NCBI GenBank assembly: GCA_052034935.1
Contig: JBPOIB010000001.1
Coordinates: 1,341 to 65,340, forward strand
DNA length: 64,000 nucleotides
Direction: 5' to 3'
DNA from: Candidatus Moraniibacteriota bacterium
Lineage (GTDB): Bacteria; Patescibacteriota; Minisyncoccia; Moranbacterales; UBA1568
A model generated the notes under the pieces. The model made no database searches and was not told where the DNA came from. It was given only the letters and a program-made list of their open reading frames with translations. Below, piece after piece: positions 29,900 to 39,291 of this stretch (the first letter of the stretch is position 1; each line of letters begins with the position of its first letter). Both the position numbers and the translations under genes were made by a program.

Positions 29900-30466
29900 T
29901 TAGTCCCGGATGTCCTTCTCGGCTTCTTGCCAGGTGGCGAGGCGGACCGTGCCATCGGCGTTGAGATGGAGCCCGACGACAGTTTCGATCCAGCCGGTGA
30001 TCCGGCTCTTGAATTGGGACGCAGTGGCCATGCCGCTCGTGCTTGGCTTTTGTTCCCAGGCGTAGATCTTGCCGTCCGAACGGCGGACGGTAATCGGCAC
30101 GTAACCGAAGGTGCCTACTTGTCCGGACTTGTAGTCCGGCCATTGGTAGGTGATTTTCACCAGGCCATTCTTTATCTCGCCGCAGGGCATGCGAGAAATC
30201 AGGAAGCGGTCACCGCCGGCGCTCGGCCAGCCCGGTCCGACCCTGGCGAGACAGTACAGCGCATCGCTGGGCCGCGTGTAGATGTGCTGGATCCCCGAGA
30301 TGATGATCTCGGCGGTCCCTTTTCCGTTGGAAGCGACCATGACCCTCCCACCGAAGTCATCGGCGTTGATACGGGCCGGATCGTATTTTTCCGGCCATGG
30401 TGCAGCTTCCGCGATGGTGAGGCTGGACAGGGCGAAGAGGATGAGGGAAACGATGGTACGGAGCAT
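29900..30466 (-). CDS. secreted hypothetical protein (signal peptide MLRTIVSLILFALSSLTIAEA)
   Basis: ATG at residue 90 of track ORF 29900..30733 gives a classical signal peptide + ~165 aa mature domain. Confidence 0.5.
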   Translation of the reverse strand: MLRTIVSLILFALSSLTIAEAAPWPEKYDPARINADDFGGRVMVASNGKGTAEIIISGIQHIYTRPSDALYCLARVGPGWPSAGGDRFLISRMPCGEIKNGLVKITYQWPDYKSGQVGTFGYVPITVRRSDGKIYAWEQKPSTSGMATASQFKSRITGWIETVVGLHLNADGTVRLATWQEAEKDIRD

Positions 30467-30606
30467 GGTGCTATCTCCAGAAATGGCCACAAACGGGCCG
30501 GTTAAGGAACGTGCTGACAGGAATTGCCAACGGTACATATTAGCATTAAATATACAAAAAGTCAATAGTAAATTAGGGCTTGAGAAAGCCGTAGTTTTGA
30601 CAAAAA

Positions 30607-30689
30607 AAGTGAGGGGAGTAGGATGGTGAAGTATCGAATTTGGCCTCGAAAAGGCCTCTTTTGTTTGGTCAAAAATTAGCTCAAAATCT
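30607..30689 (+). promoter_or_regulatory. candidate leader peptide/attenuator: strong SD (gaggggag) + 18-codon ORF (MVKYRIWPRKGLFCLVKN, 30623-30679) containing hairpin ggcct-cgaaa-aggcc + tcttttgtttgg, ending 11 nt before antiporter ATG
   Basis: Seen directly in sequence; arrangement resembles translation-coupled attenuation or a riboregulatory element controlling the downstream Na+/H+ antiporter. Confidence 0.35.
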
Positions 30690-32780
30690 ATGTCACTTGA
30701 AGTCGTTCTGGCGGTCGCCGTGCTCATGCTCATCTGTATCGGGACGTATTTCGTCGCCGGCCGTCTGAAGCTGCCCTATACGGTGCTCCTTGTCATTGTC
30801 GGTTCGATTTTGGTGCCTCTTACGCATTTTGAGTTCTTTCACTTCATCAAGAGCTTCCAACTTACTCCCGAGCTCCTCTTCTTCGTTTTTCTTCCGGTGC
30901 TCATCTTCGAGTCAGCCTATAACATGAACATGCGCGAGATGGCGGAAAATGTCCGCTCGATCTCGTGGCTTTCAGTCGTGAGTCTCCTTGTCTCAGCATT
31001 TTTCGTCGCGGGAGCGCTGTTCTTTGGGCTCAAGCTTATCGGTTTCCCGGTGCCGTTCATGGCGACGCTCATTTTCGGTGCGCTCATCTCAGCGACTGAT
31101 CCGGTGGCGGTACTTGCCTTGTTCAAGGAGTTCGGCGTGCCGCGCCGGCTCTCGCTCATCTTCGAAGGAGAGAGTCTCTTCAATGACGGTACCTCGCTTG
31201 CGCTCTTCCTCATCGTGCTCGAGGTGGCGATGGTCGGTTTCACCGGCTTCGGGACGATTTTTGAAGGTCTCTTCATGTTCACGAGCATGGTCGTCGGCGG
31301 TATTATCTTCGGTCTTTTCATGGGTTTTCTTTTCTCTAAGATGATCGGCAAAGTGAAGGATAACGAGCATATCGAGATTACGCTGACGATGCTCGTGGCC
31401 CATCTCACCTTCATTCTCTCGGAGCTCATCTCGCATCATCTCGTCCTTTTCGGTCAGGAGATTAAGTTCTCATCGATCATTGCGACGGTCATGGCGTCGA
31501 TGGTCATCGGCAATTACGGCCGCTTCAAGATCTCGCCGCGCGTTGAGGAATACATGGAGAAGTTCTGGGGCTACTTCGCTTTCGTCGCGAACTCAATGGT
31601 CTTTATTCTGATGGGGCTCCTCTTCGCCGACCTGCCGATCCGCTTTGATCAGTTTATCGTACCGATGCTCATCACAGTCGTTATCGTGCTGGTCGGTCGA
31701 GCGCTCTCCATCTATCCGGTCGTCGCTTTCGTGAACTGGCTCAAAAAGGAAGAACCGATTCCTATGAGCTGGCAGCATCTGCTCGCGTGGGGGAGTCTCC
31801 GAGGAGCGCTTGCGGTCACCATGGTGCTTCTTATTCCGAATGATTTTGCGCTGCCGGGCTGGACCTACGACTTCACCGTGAAGGAATTTATCGCGGCGAT
31901 TACGATCGGCTGCATCTATTTCACGCTCTGCATCAAGGCGACAACCATCGGCGCGATGATAAAGAAGATGAAACTGTCCGAACTTACTCCGCTCGAAACG
32001 CTCGAGTATAACGAGTGCTCCGCTCTCATTTATCAGGAGGCGCTCGAAAAGCTTGAGGATTTCCATTCTAAGGGGTATGTCAAAGACGATATCTTTGATC
32101 GGCTGAAGCGCGAGTATGGTGAGCGGTACGAGAAATCGGTCGGTGCGTGCAAAAGCCTGTTCGTCGTGACGCCGGACGATATGAGTCGCGCACTCCAGAT
32201 GTATGCGCTGGGTATGGAGAAACGCTTCCTTCGAGAGCTCTTCATCTACCAGGAGGTCTCCGAGTCGGAATACAAGGAGATTCTGAATAAGATTGCAATC
32301 CAGACAAGTCGGGTCGAAGAGGGGAGAGAACAAGTATCTAGCCATGCGGAGCGGTTCAAACAAGACTGGTTCGAGACGCTCGTGCTTTGGTTCCGGAAGA
32401 AATTTAAGCCGAAATCCGACAAACAGGAAATGCTAGAAGAGTACCGTTATTATCGGGCCCAGGAAATTGTCCTTGCGAAAGTATTGCGCCGTCTGAAATC
32501 GCTTGAAAAACGCACCCCAGGGCTATACGGTGATACGGAGTCGAGTGACTCGGTTATTGCCCTCTATGAGGGTTTGCGAGCTGATGCTGAAGAGAAACGT
32601 GATCGCGCGGCTGCTCAAATCGGTACTGAACTTTCGTACCTCAATGAATCGTTCGGCCGTTCAGCCTTGTTCAAGACTGAAGAGCGGATGCTCGACGAGC
32701 TCCTCGAGAGCTCGATGCTCCCGCCAAAGGTCGCCACAATGCTCTATAATGAGCTCAGGGACAAGACGTATTCAACTTAG
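30690..32780 (+). CDS. monovalent cation/H+ antiporter (CPA1, NhaP-type) with ~250-aa cytoplasmic regulatory C-terminal domain
   Basis: 696 aa; ~12 TM helices, conserved ATDPVAVLALF and FNDGTSLALF motifs of Na+/H+ exchanger family. Confidence 0.8.
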   Translation: MSLEVVLAVAVLMLICIGTYFVAGRLKLPYTVLLVIVGSILVPLTHFEFFHFIKSFQLTPELLFFVFLPVLIFESAYNMNMREMAENVRSISWLSVVSLLVSAFFVAGALFFGLKLIGFPVPFMATLIFGALISATDPVAVLALFKEFGVPRRLSLIFEGESLFNDGTSLALFLIVLEVAMVGFTGFGTIFEGLFMFTSMVVGGIIFGLFMGFLFSKMIGKVKDNEHIEITLTMLVAHLTFILSELISHHLVLFGQEIKFSSIIATVMASMVIGNYGRFKISPRVEEYMEKFWGYFAFVANSMVFILMGLLFADLPIRFDQFIVPMLITVVIVLVGRALSIYPVVAFVNWLKKEEPIPMSWQHLLAWGSLRGALAVTMVLLIPNDFALPGWTYDFTVKEFIAAITIGCIYFTLCIKATTIGAMIKKMKLSELTPLETLEYNECSALIYQEALEKLEDFHSKGYVKDDIFDRLKREYGERYEKSVGACKSLFVVTPDDMSRALQMYALGMEKRFLRELFIYQEVSESEYKEILNKIAIQTSRVEEGREQVSSHAERFKQDWFETLVLWFRKKFKPKSDKQEMLEEYRYYRAQEIVLAKVLRRLKSLEKRTPGLYGDTESSDSVIALYEGLRADAEEKRDRAAAQIGTELSYLNESFGRSALFKTEERMLDELLESSMLPPKVATMLYNELRDKTYST

Positions 32781-32788
32781 AAAACGGC

Positions 32789-33412
32789 ATGGAATTCTTC
32801 GGTATCGACATGGTCGAGGCGATCAAGACGATTGGATATGTCGGTTTGTTCGCCATCATTTTCGCAGAGACGGGACTTTTTCTCGGATTTTTTTTCCCGG
32901 GAGATAGTCTTCTCTTCGTCGCGGGAGTGCTCGCCGCTCAGGGATTTTTCTCCCTGCCGCTTCTCCTCGTCATCCTGTTTTCGGCTGCTTTTCTCGGGAA
33001 CATGGTCGGCTACTGGTTCGGGGCCTATGTCGGTCCGAAGATATTTTCGCGTGAAGACTCCTTCCTCTTTCGGAAGTCGCATGTGTTGAAGGCACAGGCA
33101 TTCTATGAAAAATACGGCGGTAAGACCATTGTCCTCGCCCGCTTCATGCCGATTGTTCGAACCTTTGCGCCAATCGTCGCGGGTGTCGCCCGGATGCATT
33201 ACGGTACCTTCGCCTTTTTTAACTTCATCGGGGCGCTGCTCTGGTCGGTTGGTCTGACGGTCGCCGCCTACTATCTCGGCGGTCTCGTCGAAAACATCGA
33301 CCAGTATCTCTTCCCGATTATCGCGCTCATCATTGTCCTCTCGGTCCTGCCAGGCGTTTTCGAATATTGGCGCAATCGGAGAGAGAGGCGGTCGCAAGCA
33401 GGGGAGATTTGA
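32789..33412 (+). CDS. DedA/SNARE-associated (TVP38/TMEM64) family membrane protein
   Basis: 207 aa; DedA motifs FFPGDSLLF, GYWFGAYVGPKIF, ARFMPIVRTFAPIVAG. Confidence 0.8.
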   Translation: MEFFGIDMVEAIKTIGYVGLFAIIFAETGLFLGFFFPGDSLLFVAGVLAAQGFFSLPLLLVILFSAAFLGNMVGYWFGAYVGPKIFSREDSFLFRKSHVLKAQAFYEKYGGKTIVLARFMPIVRTFAPIVAGVARMHYGTFAFFNFIGALLWSVGLTVAAYYLGGLVENIDQYLFPIIALIIVLSVLPGVFEYWRNRRERRSQAGEI

Positions 33413-33485
33413 CAGGCATCTTTCCGTTTCGTTCAAAAGCGCTACACTAGAGGCAGCCAGACAACCCTGAAAGGAGGGTAGAGTC

Positions 33486-33749
33486 ATGACTCATCGTCGA
33501 CCGCCGCAAGTCGTTCCTCGCAAGCGGAAGGAGCCGGCCGAGATAGCGGCCGTCTCTGCCGCATCGCCCGCGCACGGGATGTCACTCTTCGATCCCTGGG
33601 GAGTGCTCGAAAACCTTTCGAGGCTGAGCGGTCTCCTCGTTCTTTCTCCGGAGAAGAACCAGGCGTGGACGAAGAACTGGACAGTTTTGTGGAGCGATCA
33701 GATGCGACGCTGCGCTTTCTACCTGAAGTGGCCCATGGGGCTTGGGTAG
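33486..33749 (+). CDS. possible small hypothetical protein (87 aa)
   Basis: ATG preceded by strong SD aaaggaggg at -14..-6 in a 498-nt gap between dedA and csp; no homology clue. Confidence 0.3.
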   Translation: MTHRRPPQVVPRKRKEPAEIAAVSAASPAHGMSLFDPWGVLENLSRLSGLLVLSPEKNQAWTKNWTVLWSDQMRRCAFYLKWPMGLG

Positions 33750-33861
33750 CCGCAGTTTTCTTCGGAGATGCTCCCTTCGGCATACGGCAGCGGTCTTTAC
33801 GAGATTGCTGCCATTCTTTTTGAGAAAGTACCTCCTTTGTTGGCTACTCATTAAAAAAAGA

Positions 33862-33890
33862 GACAAAAAAACATCCCCGTGAGGGGATGT
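33862..33890 (-). terminator. intrinsic terminator for csp (acatcccc-gtga-ggggatgt; A7 on + strand)
   Basis: 8-bp stem, T-run on minus strand, ~20 nt downstream of csp stop. Confidence 0.55.
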
Positions 33891-33910
33891 TTTCCAAGTA
33901 AAACGCGTGA

Positions 33911-34108
33911 TTAGACGCGAGTTACGTTGACTGCCGCAGGGCCCTTCTCGCCCTCAACGACCTCGAAGCTCACCATATCGCCGACTTTGAGTTCGTCGTA
34001 GGTTACGCCTGAAAGATCCTTGGAGTGGAAGAAAAGATCCTTCGTCTCGCCTTCGCGGGAGATGAATCCAAATCCTCGGTCTGTGAGCGTCTTGATAGTA
34101 CCGGTCAT
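33911..34108 (-). CDS. cspA: cold-shock protein (CspA family, S1-like OB fold)
   Basis: 65 aa; RNP1/RNP2 motifs KGFGFI and LFFHSK; preceded by ~170-nt 5' UTR typical of csp genes. Confidence 0.9.
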   Translation of the reverse strand: MTGTIKTLTDRGFGFISREGETKDLFFHSKDLSGVTYDELKVGDMVSFEVVEGEKGPAAVNVTRV

Positions 34109-34281
34109 AGCTTTACTGCCTAGGTTTCAATTAGTCCAGAGCAACAGGGGTCCGACTACACCCGCGTTTTCTCTATTGGTTAGAGTATAGCAGACTTCTC
34201 TAGAAAAGTACAGCCCAGGCTGGCGCCTAATCCAGGTACGAACCGATAACCGCACTGATAAAAAATACCGGTAAAAGGCTT

Positions 34282-34914
34282 CTAGGCGCCCTCTTTATGC
34301 TGCAGCCGGGCGAGGAGCGCTTCACGAGTATCAACCGTTTCAGCGCCGGCTACCTGAAGCGCCTCCTTGGTGTTCAGCCCCCAAGTAACGGCAATGATAT
34401 CGAGGCCGGCTTTTCGGCAGGCGTCGACATCGCGCACTTCGTCGCCAACGTAGATCACCTCAGATCGGCTGAGTGATTGTTCAACGAAGACTTTTTTCAA
34501 GACAGTAGCCTTGCCGAAGAGCGAACTCTGATAGACAAAATCGGTAACGATTCCGAAGCGCTCAAGGAGAGCGAGGACAGTCGCCTTTTCACTCGATGAG
34601 ACGATACCGACCCGGCGGCCCTCGTTCCGGAGCGTCGCGATGAGTTCGGTGATACCAGGAAAGAGCTCGACTTCTTGGACAAGTTTGAAGTATTCTTCAC
34701 GACCACGTTTCAGGATTTTCGGTAGAAAGATAGCTCTCCAGCCAAGCCGTTTGAAGACGAGTGTTTTCAGGTGGAGCTTTTTCAGGGCCGGCAGCTCTTC
34801 AGGAACGATTGGGGTATAGCCGAATTCAGCCGAGAGCTGGTTGTAGAGTTTCAAGAAAATGGGTTCGATATCAACGAGCGTGCCGTCAAGATCGAAGATG
34901 ACTGTCTTTTTCAT
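34282..34914 (-). CDS. HAD-superfamily hydrolase (phosphoglycolate phosphatase-like, subfamily IA)
   Basis: 210 aa; motif I FDLDGTLVD, motif III/IV ...YVGDEVRDVDACRKAG. Confidence 0.75.
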   Translation of the reverse strand: MKKTVIFDLDGTLVDIEPIFLKLYNQLSAEFGYTPIVPEELPALKKLHLKTLVFKRLGWRAIFLPKILKRGREEYFKLVQEVELFPGITELIATLRNEGRRVGIVSSSEKATVLALLERFGIVTDFVYQSSLFGKATVLKKVFVEQSLSRSEVIYVGDEVRDVDACRKAGLDIIAVTWGLNTKEALQVAGAETVDTREALLARLQHKEGA

Positions 34915-34924
34915 AGGAAATGGG

Positions 34925-36616
34925 TTATCGGATAGACAGCTTCTTCAACGCGAGGAAAACGGAGAGGAAACAGAAGATGAGCGATATGAGTGCAAAGAGA
35001 GGGAGAAGGAGTCCTTCTGGCCGTAGGAATGAGTCCCGCACCGCGTAGGCTGCGAGACCACCGTAGAGGAGCGAGGTGAAGATGAAGGTCAGTCCGGGAA
35101 GCGAGGTGCTGAGGAGCTCCGGATCATCCGTCTCCAGATTTGGGAAGAGCGCTCCGAGAGCAAGTCCGTAGATGGTGACCGTAATCGCAGCGAGACAGAC
35201 GCTCCCGAGAATGACCGCGCTACCGAAAAGGGATGTCTCCATGATGAAGGAATTGAGGAGGGTGAAAAGCGCTCCGAGAAAAGCGAAGAGCGGCACATAG
35301 AAAACGGCGCGGCCGATGAAGAGCGCCGCAGGATTGATCGGAGCGCTTTGGATGATACGGCTCATCTTTGGATCCATGCTGAACGCTGGGAAAGCGAAAC
35401 GGAGAACGAACATATTAACGAAGTAGATCGTCGCGGCGACCTGGAGCGCAATCACGAGGAAAGGCGTGGCAGCTGGTCGCTCTGAGAGCTTGTGGCCGAG
35501 GATGAACATTGAGCCGACCTGAAGGAGCCAGATGAGGCAGAAAAAGCCGAACCAGGCCATGCCGCTCGGGCTGCGGAAGAACACAACGAGTTCACGACGG
35601 AAGAGGGCTCGTTCAGGTCCGGATGACCGGGCGATGATATTTCGGAACAGTGAAAGCGAATGGAGTCTTCCAGGACCTCGGTTTTCTTGGAATATCTGCC
35701 AGAGCACGAGGTGATACCGTCTGAAGAAGAGAAAGAGGCTTGTTACAATTGCCAAGAAGACAAGGAGGAGCGATACGTTTTTCACGATTGTGGCGAGATC
35801 ATTTTGGCCGGCGGAAAACAGGATGAACGCAGCCGGGTGCGATGGCAGAAAAATGAAATGGTCTCGCACGAGGGCTGAATCAGCGGTGACGAGTTCGACA
35901 GCTTCAGTCTTGAAGAGGACATTTAGGCGGATTTCACTGATGTCCTGCCAGAGGAGGAGAAAAACGGCGCTCGCCAGGAGGAAAAGAGAGAGAGCAAGCG
36001 TCTCGAAGCGGAGTAGTGAGTGTTTCAGCTTCAAGAGAATCCAGGCGACGAGGAGGATAAGCGTGAGTGCAGATACGACAGCGAATGCGACAAAAAGTGC
36101 CAGTGCCAGCAGGGTGAGAAACGAACCGGTGAATGAGAGCGTATAGGTTCGGGCGATAGCAGCGAGAGCGGGAAGAACGATGACGAGAATGGGCCAGAGT
36201 GAGGTGATGAACATCCGGGAAAGCACGAGGACGGGGATGATGGAGAATTTGGGCGAAACGGCGATGAGGATACGGCCTTGGCTGGAGAAGAGGCTGAAGA
36301 GCCCTGTGATGAGCGCGCTTGCGAAAACAAGAACGAAGACGGCGAACATGAAGAGTTCGTAAAGGTAGAGGAGTACCGCGTCGTTGAAGTAGTCGGTCAG
36401 CACGATGAAGCGCAGCGTGTGCGAGAAAAACGAGAAAATACCAACCATCATGAGAAGCGCGATGCCGAGAAAAATCGCGATGGTCGTCAATTTGGCGGCG
36501 CGGTTGTCCTGGAAGTAACGTCCAGCGCGGCGGAAAGAATGATTGAAGAGAAGGGAAAACACAGGCTTAGGTATTGAGAGCGGAGTAGAGCTCTTCGAGT
36601 GAAGCGTTCGGCCCAC
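34925..36616 (-). CDS. polytopic membrane protein, putative ABC-transporter permease partner
   Basis: 563 aa, >10 hydrophobic helices; directly downstream of and 50 nt overlapping the ABC ATPase gene (true start may be internal). Confidence 0.55.
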   Translation of the reverse strand: MGRTLHSKSSTPLSIPKPVFSLLFNHSFRRAGRYFQDNRAAKLTTIAIFLGIALLMMVGIFSFFSHTLRFIVLTDYFNDAVLLYLYELFMFAVFVLVFASALITGLFSLFSSQGRILIAVSPKFSIIPVLVLSRMFITSLWPILVIVLPALAAIARTYTLSFTGSFLTLLALALFVAFAVVSALTLILLVAWILLKLKHSLLRFETLALSLFLLASAVFLLLWQDISEIRLNVLFKTEAVELVTADSALVRDHFIFLPSHPAAFILFSAGQNDLATIVKNVSLLLVFLAIVTSLFLFFRRYHLVLWQIFQENRGPGRLHSLSLFRNIIARSSGPERALFRRELVVFFRSPSGMAWFGFFCLIWLLQVGSMFILGHKLSERPAATPFLVIALQVAATIYFVNMFVLRFAFPAFSMDPKMSRIIQSAPINPAALFIGRAVFYVPLFAFLGALFTLLNSFIMETSLFGSAVILGSVCLAAITVTIYGLALGALFPNLETDDPELLSTSLPGLTFIFTSLLYGGLAAYAVRDSFLRPEGLLLPLFALISLIFCFLSVFLALKKLSIR

Positions 36617-37289
36617 GTTCGGCCCGATGGCGCGTCTCTTCGAGCGTACCGATAGATACCAGTTTTCCCTGTTTCAGAATCCCGATCCGATCCGAGATCG
36701 CTTCGGCGACCGGCAGCGTATGAGTGACGAGGAAGACCGAGCCACCATTTTTGGCGAACTCCTGAAAGACTTTCTTCGCGGTAGCGGCGCTAGCGACATC
36801 GAGTCCGACGATCGGTTCATCGATGAGGAGTACTTTCGGTTCGTGGAGAAGGGCGGCGAGAATGCTGAATTTCTGCTTATTGCCGCGCGAGTAGCCGTCG
36901 AAAAGGTTGGTCTCGCTTCCGTCGAGCTGGAAAAGTGGTAGAAGCTCGGTGATTTTCTTCTGGCGTGTTTCTTCTGGAACGCTATAGAGCGCGCCGACGA
37001 AGTGGAGGAATTCTTCTCCGGTCATGCCGGGCCAGGCAGCGGGTTCATCGGGGATGTAGCCGATCTTCGCTTTGGTCTCGATCGGGTTCGCAACCGTGTC
37101 CTGGCCGCCGACCGTGATGCTGCCGCCATCCGGCCGGAGGATGCCCGCGATCATTTTGATGATGGTCGTCTTGCCGGAGCCGTTCGCGCCGATAAGCGAG
37201 AAAATCTCGCCGGGCGCGACCGAGAGGCTGACATCACTCACGGCGACCTTGTCACCGAAGCGCCGCGTCACGTGATCGAGAGTAATCAT
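36567..37289 (-). CDS. ABC transporter ATP-binding protein
   Basis: 240 aa; Walker A GANGSGKTT, signature YSRGNKQKF, Walker B LLIDEP, H-loop. Confidence 0.85.
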   Translation of the reverse strand: MITLDHVTRRFGDKVAVSDVSLSVAPGEIFSLIGANGSGKTTIIKMIAGILRPDGGSITVGGQDTVANPIETKAKIGYIPDEPAAWPGMTGEEFLHFVGALYSVPEETRQKKITELLPLFQLDGSETNLFDGYSRGNKQKFSILAALLHEPKVLLIDEPIVGLDVASAATAKKVFQEFAKNGGSVFLVTHTLPVAEAISDRIGILKQGKLVSIGTLEETRHRAERGPNASLEELYSALNT

Positions 37290-37421
37290 AGGAGTAAGTG
37301 AGGAAATCAGTACTCGTATTGTAACAGGCCTTTTAGCGGCTTCAAAAAGTATTCTTTCGTTGACTTTTAGGGTGTCAGACGCTATAACGGCAGGAGTTCT
37401 TTGCGCGAAAGGAATGGCATC

Positions 37422-37853
37422 ATGAGCAGTCTCAAGAGGTCAATCGCCACCTGTCGGATGAGCGATATGAAAAATTCGCCGCCGGAGGGTCATACCCCGC
37501 TCGTTCGTACGGCGGGCAAGAAGCCGCGTTTTTCCCGGGGTCAGGTATGGGTTGAAATCGGAAACGATCGTGTCTGGCGAATCCGGGAAATCGCCCGTTT
37601 TGGTAAGGGGGGTCGGAAGTTCCGGATCACCCTTGCTCCGTACTCGGGCGATGCTGCGTCAATCGAGCTGACTGAACTCCGGCTGTCTCAGACTATGCGG
37701 GTTTGGGAGGCAGCCATTCAGGCGAAGGGGAAATTTCTCGCCCAGATGCGCCAGGATTTCAATGCCGGCGTCTGGGCTGATCAATTCTCGTCCTTCGAAG
37801 AGTTCGCTCGTCACTTTGGCATCGACCCGGTGACAGGCTTCCGCATCGATTGA
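37422..37853 (+). CDS. hypothetical protein (143 aa)
   Basis: ATG with aagga SD (track ORF starts at TTG 37401); followed by hairpin ccgcatc-gatt-gatgcgg + T6 at 37851-37876. Confidence 0.45.
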   Translation: MSSLKRSIATCRMSDMKNSPPEGHTPLVRTAGKKPRFSRGQVWVEIGNDRVWRIREIARFGKGGRKFRITLAPYSGDAASIELTELRLSQTMRVWEAAIQAKGKFLAQMRQDFNAGVWADQFSSFEEFARHFGIDPVTGFRID

Positions 37854-37878
37854 TGCGGTTTTTTATAAGAAAAAAGCC

Positions 37879-37907
37879 GAAGCGGTGACGCTTCGGCGTG
37901 AGGGGCG
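37879..37907 (-). terminator. intrinsic terminator for purC (gccgaagcg-gtga-cgcttcggc; A-run on + strand)
   Basis: 9-bp stem with T-run on minus strand 17 nt after purC stop; convergent with + strand hairpin at 37851-37876. Confidence 0.55.
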
Positions 37908-37923
37908 GCCAGTAGCCACCGGG

Positions 37924-38865
37924 TCAGGGGAGGATGTCGGCCGGCTGGTCCTGCGAGAGGACATCGGCCTGGAACGCGGCGAGCGGCTGCCCGAGAAGCG
38001 CCTCGGCGATTTCCTCGTAGCGCGCGACCGTCCCGTCGATCGCTGCCTGCGGGAATTCGAGCGGGATTTTCGATCCGCCTGCCCAGAGGTTTTCGGCGGT
38101 TTCGCGCAGGTACTGCTTGTCGAGCCAAGCCGGTTCCTGGCCGACGGTGATGCCGTCCGCATGGACGAAACGGCAGGAATCCGGCGTCAGGCACTCGTCG
38201 CCGAGGACGAGATTGCCGTGCGAGTCGGTCCCGAGCTCGAACTTGCCATCGATGATCTCGATGCCGCGCGCATAGGCGAATTCCCGGCCCATCTCGTAGG
38301 CCTGGAGCGCTAGGAAATACGCGTCCGAGTAGTGCGTGGCCGTCTCGAGCGCATCGAGGGGATCGTCAGTCTCTGACTTGTCGGTCGGGGTGAACATCGT
38401 CTCGACGAAGGGCGACATCAGCTCGAGTCCGGCCGGAAGCTCGAGTCCGTACGGGTCCGGCCGTCCTTTGGAGTACCAGTCTTTCCAGAGGCTGCCGGCC
38501 ATTCGGCTCCGAAAGATGAATTCGACCGGGAACATCGCGAGGCGGCGGACGATGACGGCACGCAGGTGGAGATCGCCCGGATAGGTGCCATCCGGCAGAA
38601 ACCGGTAGATGCCCCGGCCATAGGCCACCAGGTGCGTCTTGATGCCTTGGAAGACCTCGGTCATCCAGTAGACAGTGAGCGCGTTGAGCGTGTGGCCCTT
38701 GCTGGGGATCCGGCTCAGGTGCACGACATTGTGCGTGCTCACCCGGTCCGTCGCGACGACGAGGAAGTACTCGGGGTAGCCGGGGATTTCGAAGGTGTCG
38801 CGGACCTTGCCCTGATGCAGAAGCCGGAGGTCGAAAAGCGCGGGCGGGAATGCAAAGGAACTCAT
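37924..38865 (-). CDS. purC: phosphoribosylaminoimidazole-succinocarboxamide (SAICAR) synthase
   Basis: 313 aa; SAICAR synthetase motifs GKVRD, VVATDRVS, long-form PurC. Confidence 0.85.
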   Translation of the reverse strand: MSSFAFPPALFDLRLLHQGKVRDTFEIPGYPEYFLVVATDRVSTHNVVHLSRIPSKGHTLNALTVYWMTEVFQGIKTHLVAYGRGIYRFLPDGTYPGDLHLRAVIVRRLAMFPVEFIFRSRMAGSLWKDWYSKGRPDPYGLELPAGLELMSPFVETMFTPTDKSETDDPLDALETATHYSDAYFLALQAYEMGREFAYARGIEIIDGKFELGTDSHGNLVLGDECLTPDSCRFVHADGITVGQEPAWLDKQYLRETAENLWAGGSKIPLEFPQAAIDGTVARYEEIAEALLGQPLAAFQADVLSQDQPADILP

Positions 38866-38971
38866 GCTTGATTTCTCCGTTGGAGGGTGGCAAAAAAGGC
38901 CTCGAAAGGCCCGGTATTTGGCACAGGCAATCTAGAATATCGCTCACCCTTTGTCAAAGGGAACACAGCGG

Positions 38972-39289
38972 TCATTTGAACTCGAAGAGGATGTCGCGGA
39001 AATTCGTGATGCGGCCCTGCTTATCGAGGAGGGTACCTTCTTTTTTGTAGAGCTTCATCCGGGTGGCGCGATGCCGGTCGTCGATCCAGATACGGCCATC
39101 GGCATAGACGATGCGGTGAAAGGGGATGTTCTTTTCGCCGTTGTCCCAAGCCCTGGAAAGAATCCCGGTGATGCTCTGCGAAGCCATATTGCTCCCACCT
39201 GCGGCGCGCGCGATCCGGCCATAGGTGGTCACTCGTCCAGCGGGGATGGAGAGCGCGAGTTTCACGACGCGTTCACTGAAGGTTGGCAT
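38972..39289 (-). CDS. MGMT-family DNA-binding protein lacking the alkyl-acceptor Cys (alkyltransferase-like; motif IPFHRIV instead of PCHRV)
   Basis: 105 aa; HTH region VTTYGRIARAAGG and NIPFHRIVYADG correspond to the O6-alkylguanine-DNA alkyltransferase C-terminal domain with Cys replaced by Phe. Confidence 0.6.
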   Translation of the reverse strand: MPTFSERVVKLALSIPAGRVTTYGRIARAAGGSNMASQSITGILSRAWDNGEKNIPFHRIVYADGRIWIDDRHRATRMKLYKKEGTLLDKQGRITNFRDILFEFK

Positions 39290-39291
39290 AG

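Noticed and set aside
36567-36616. 50-nt overlap between ABC ATPase 3' end and annotated permease start
   Set aside because: This is probably a start-codon miscall (internal or non-ATG start) rather than a real long overlap or frameshift. No evidence of a pseudogene.
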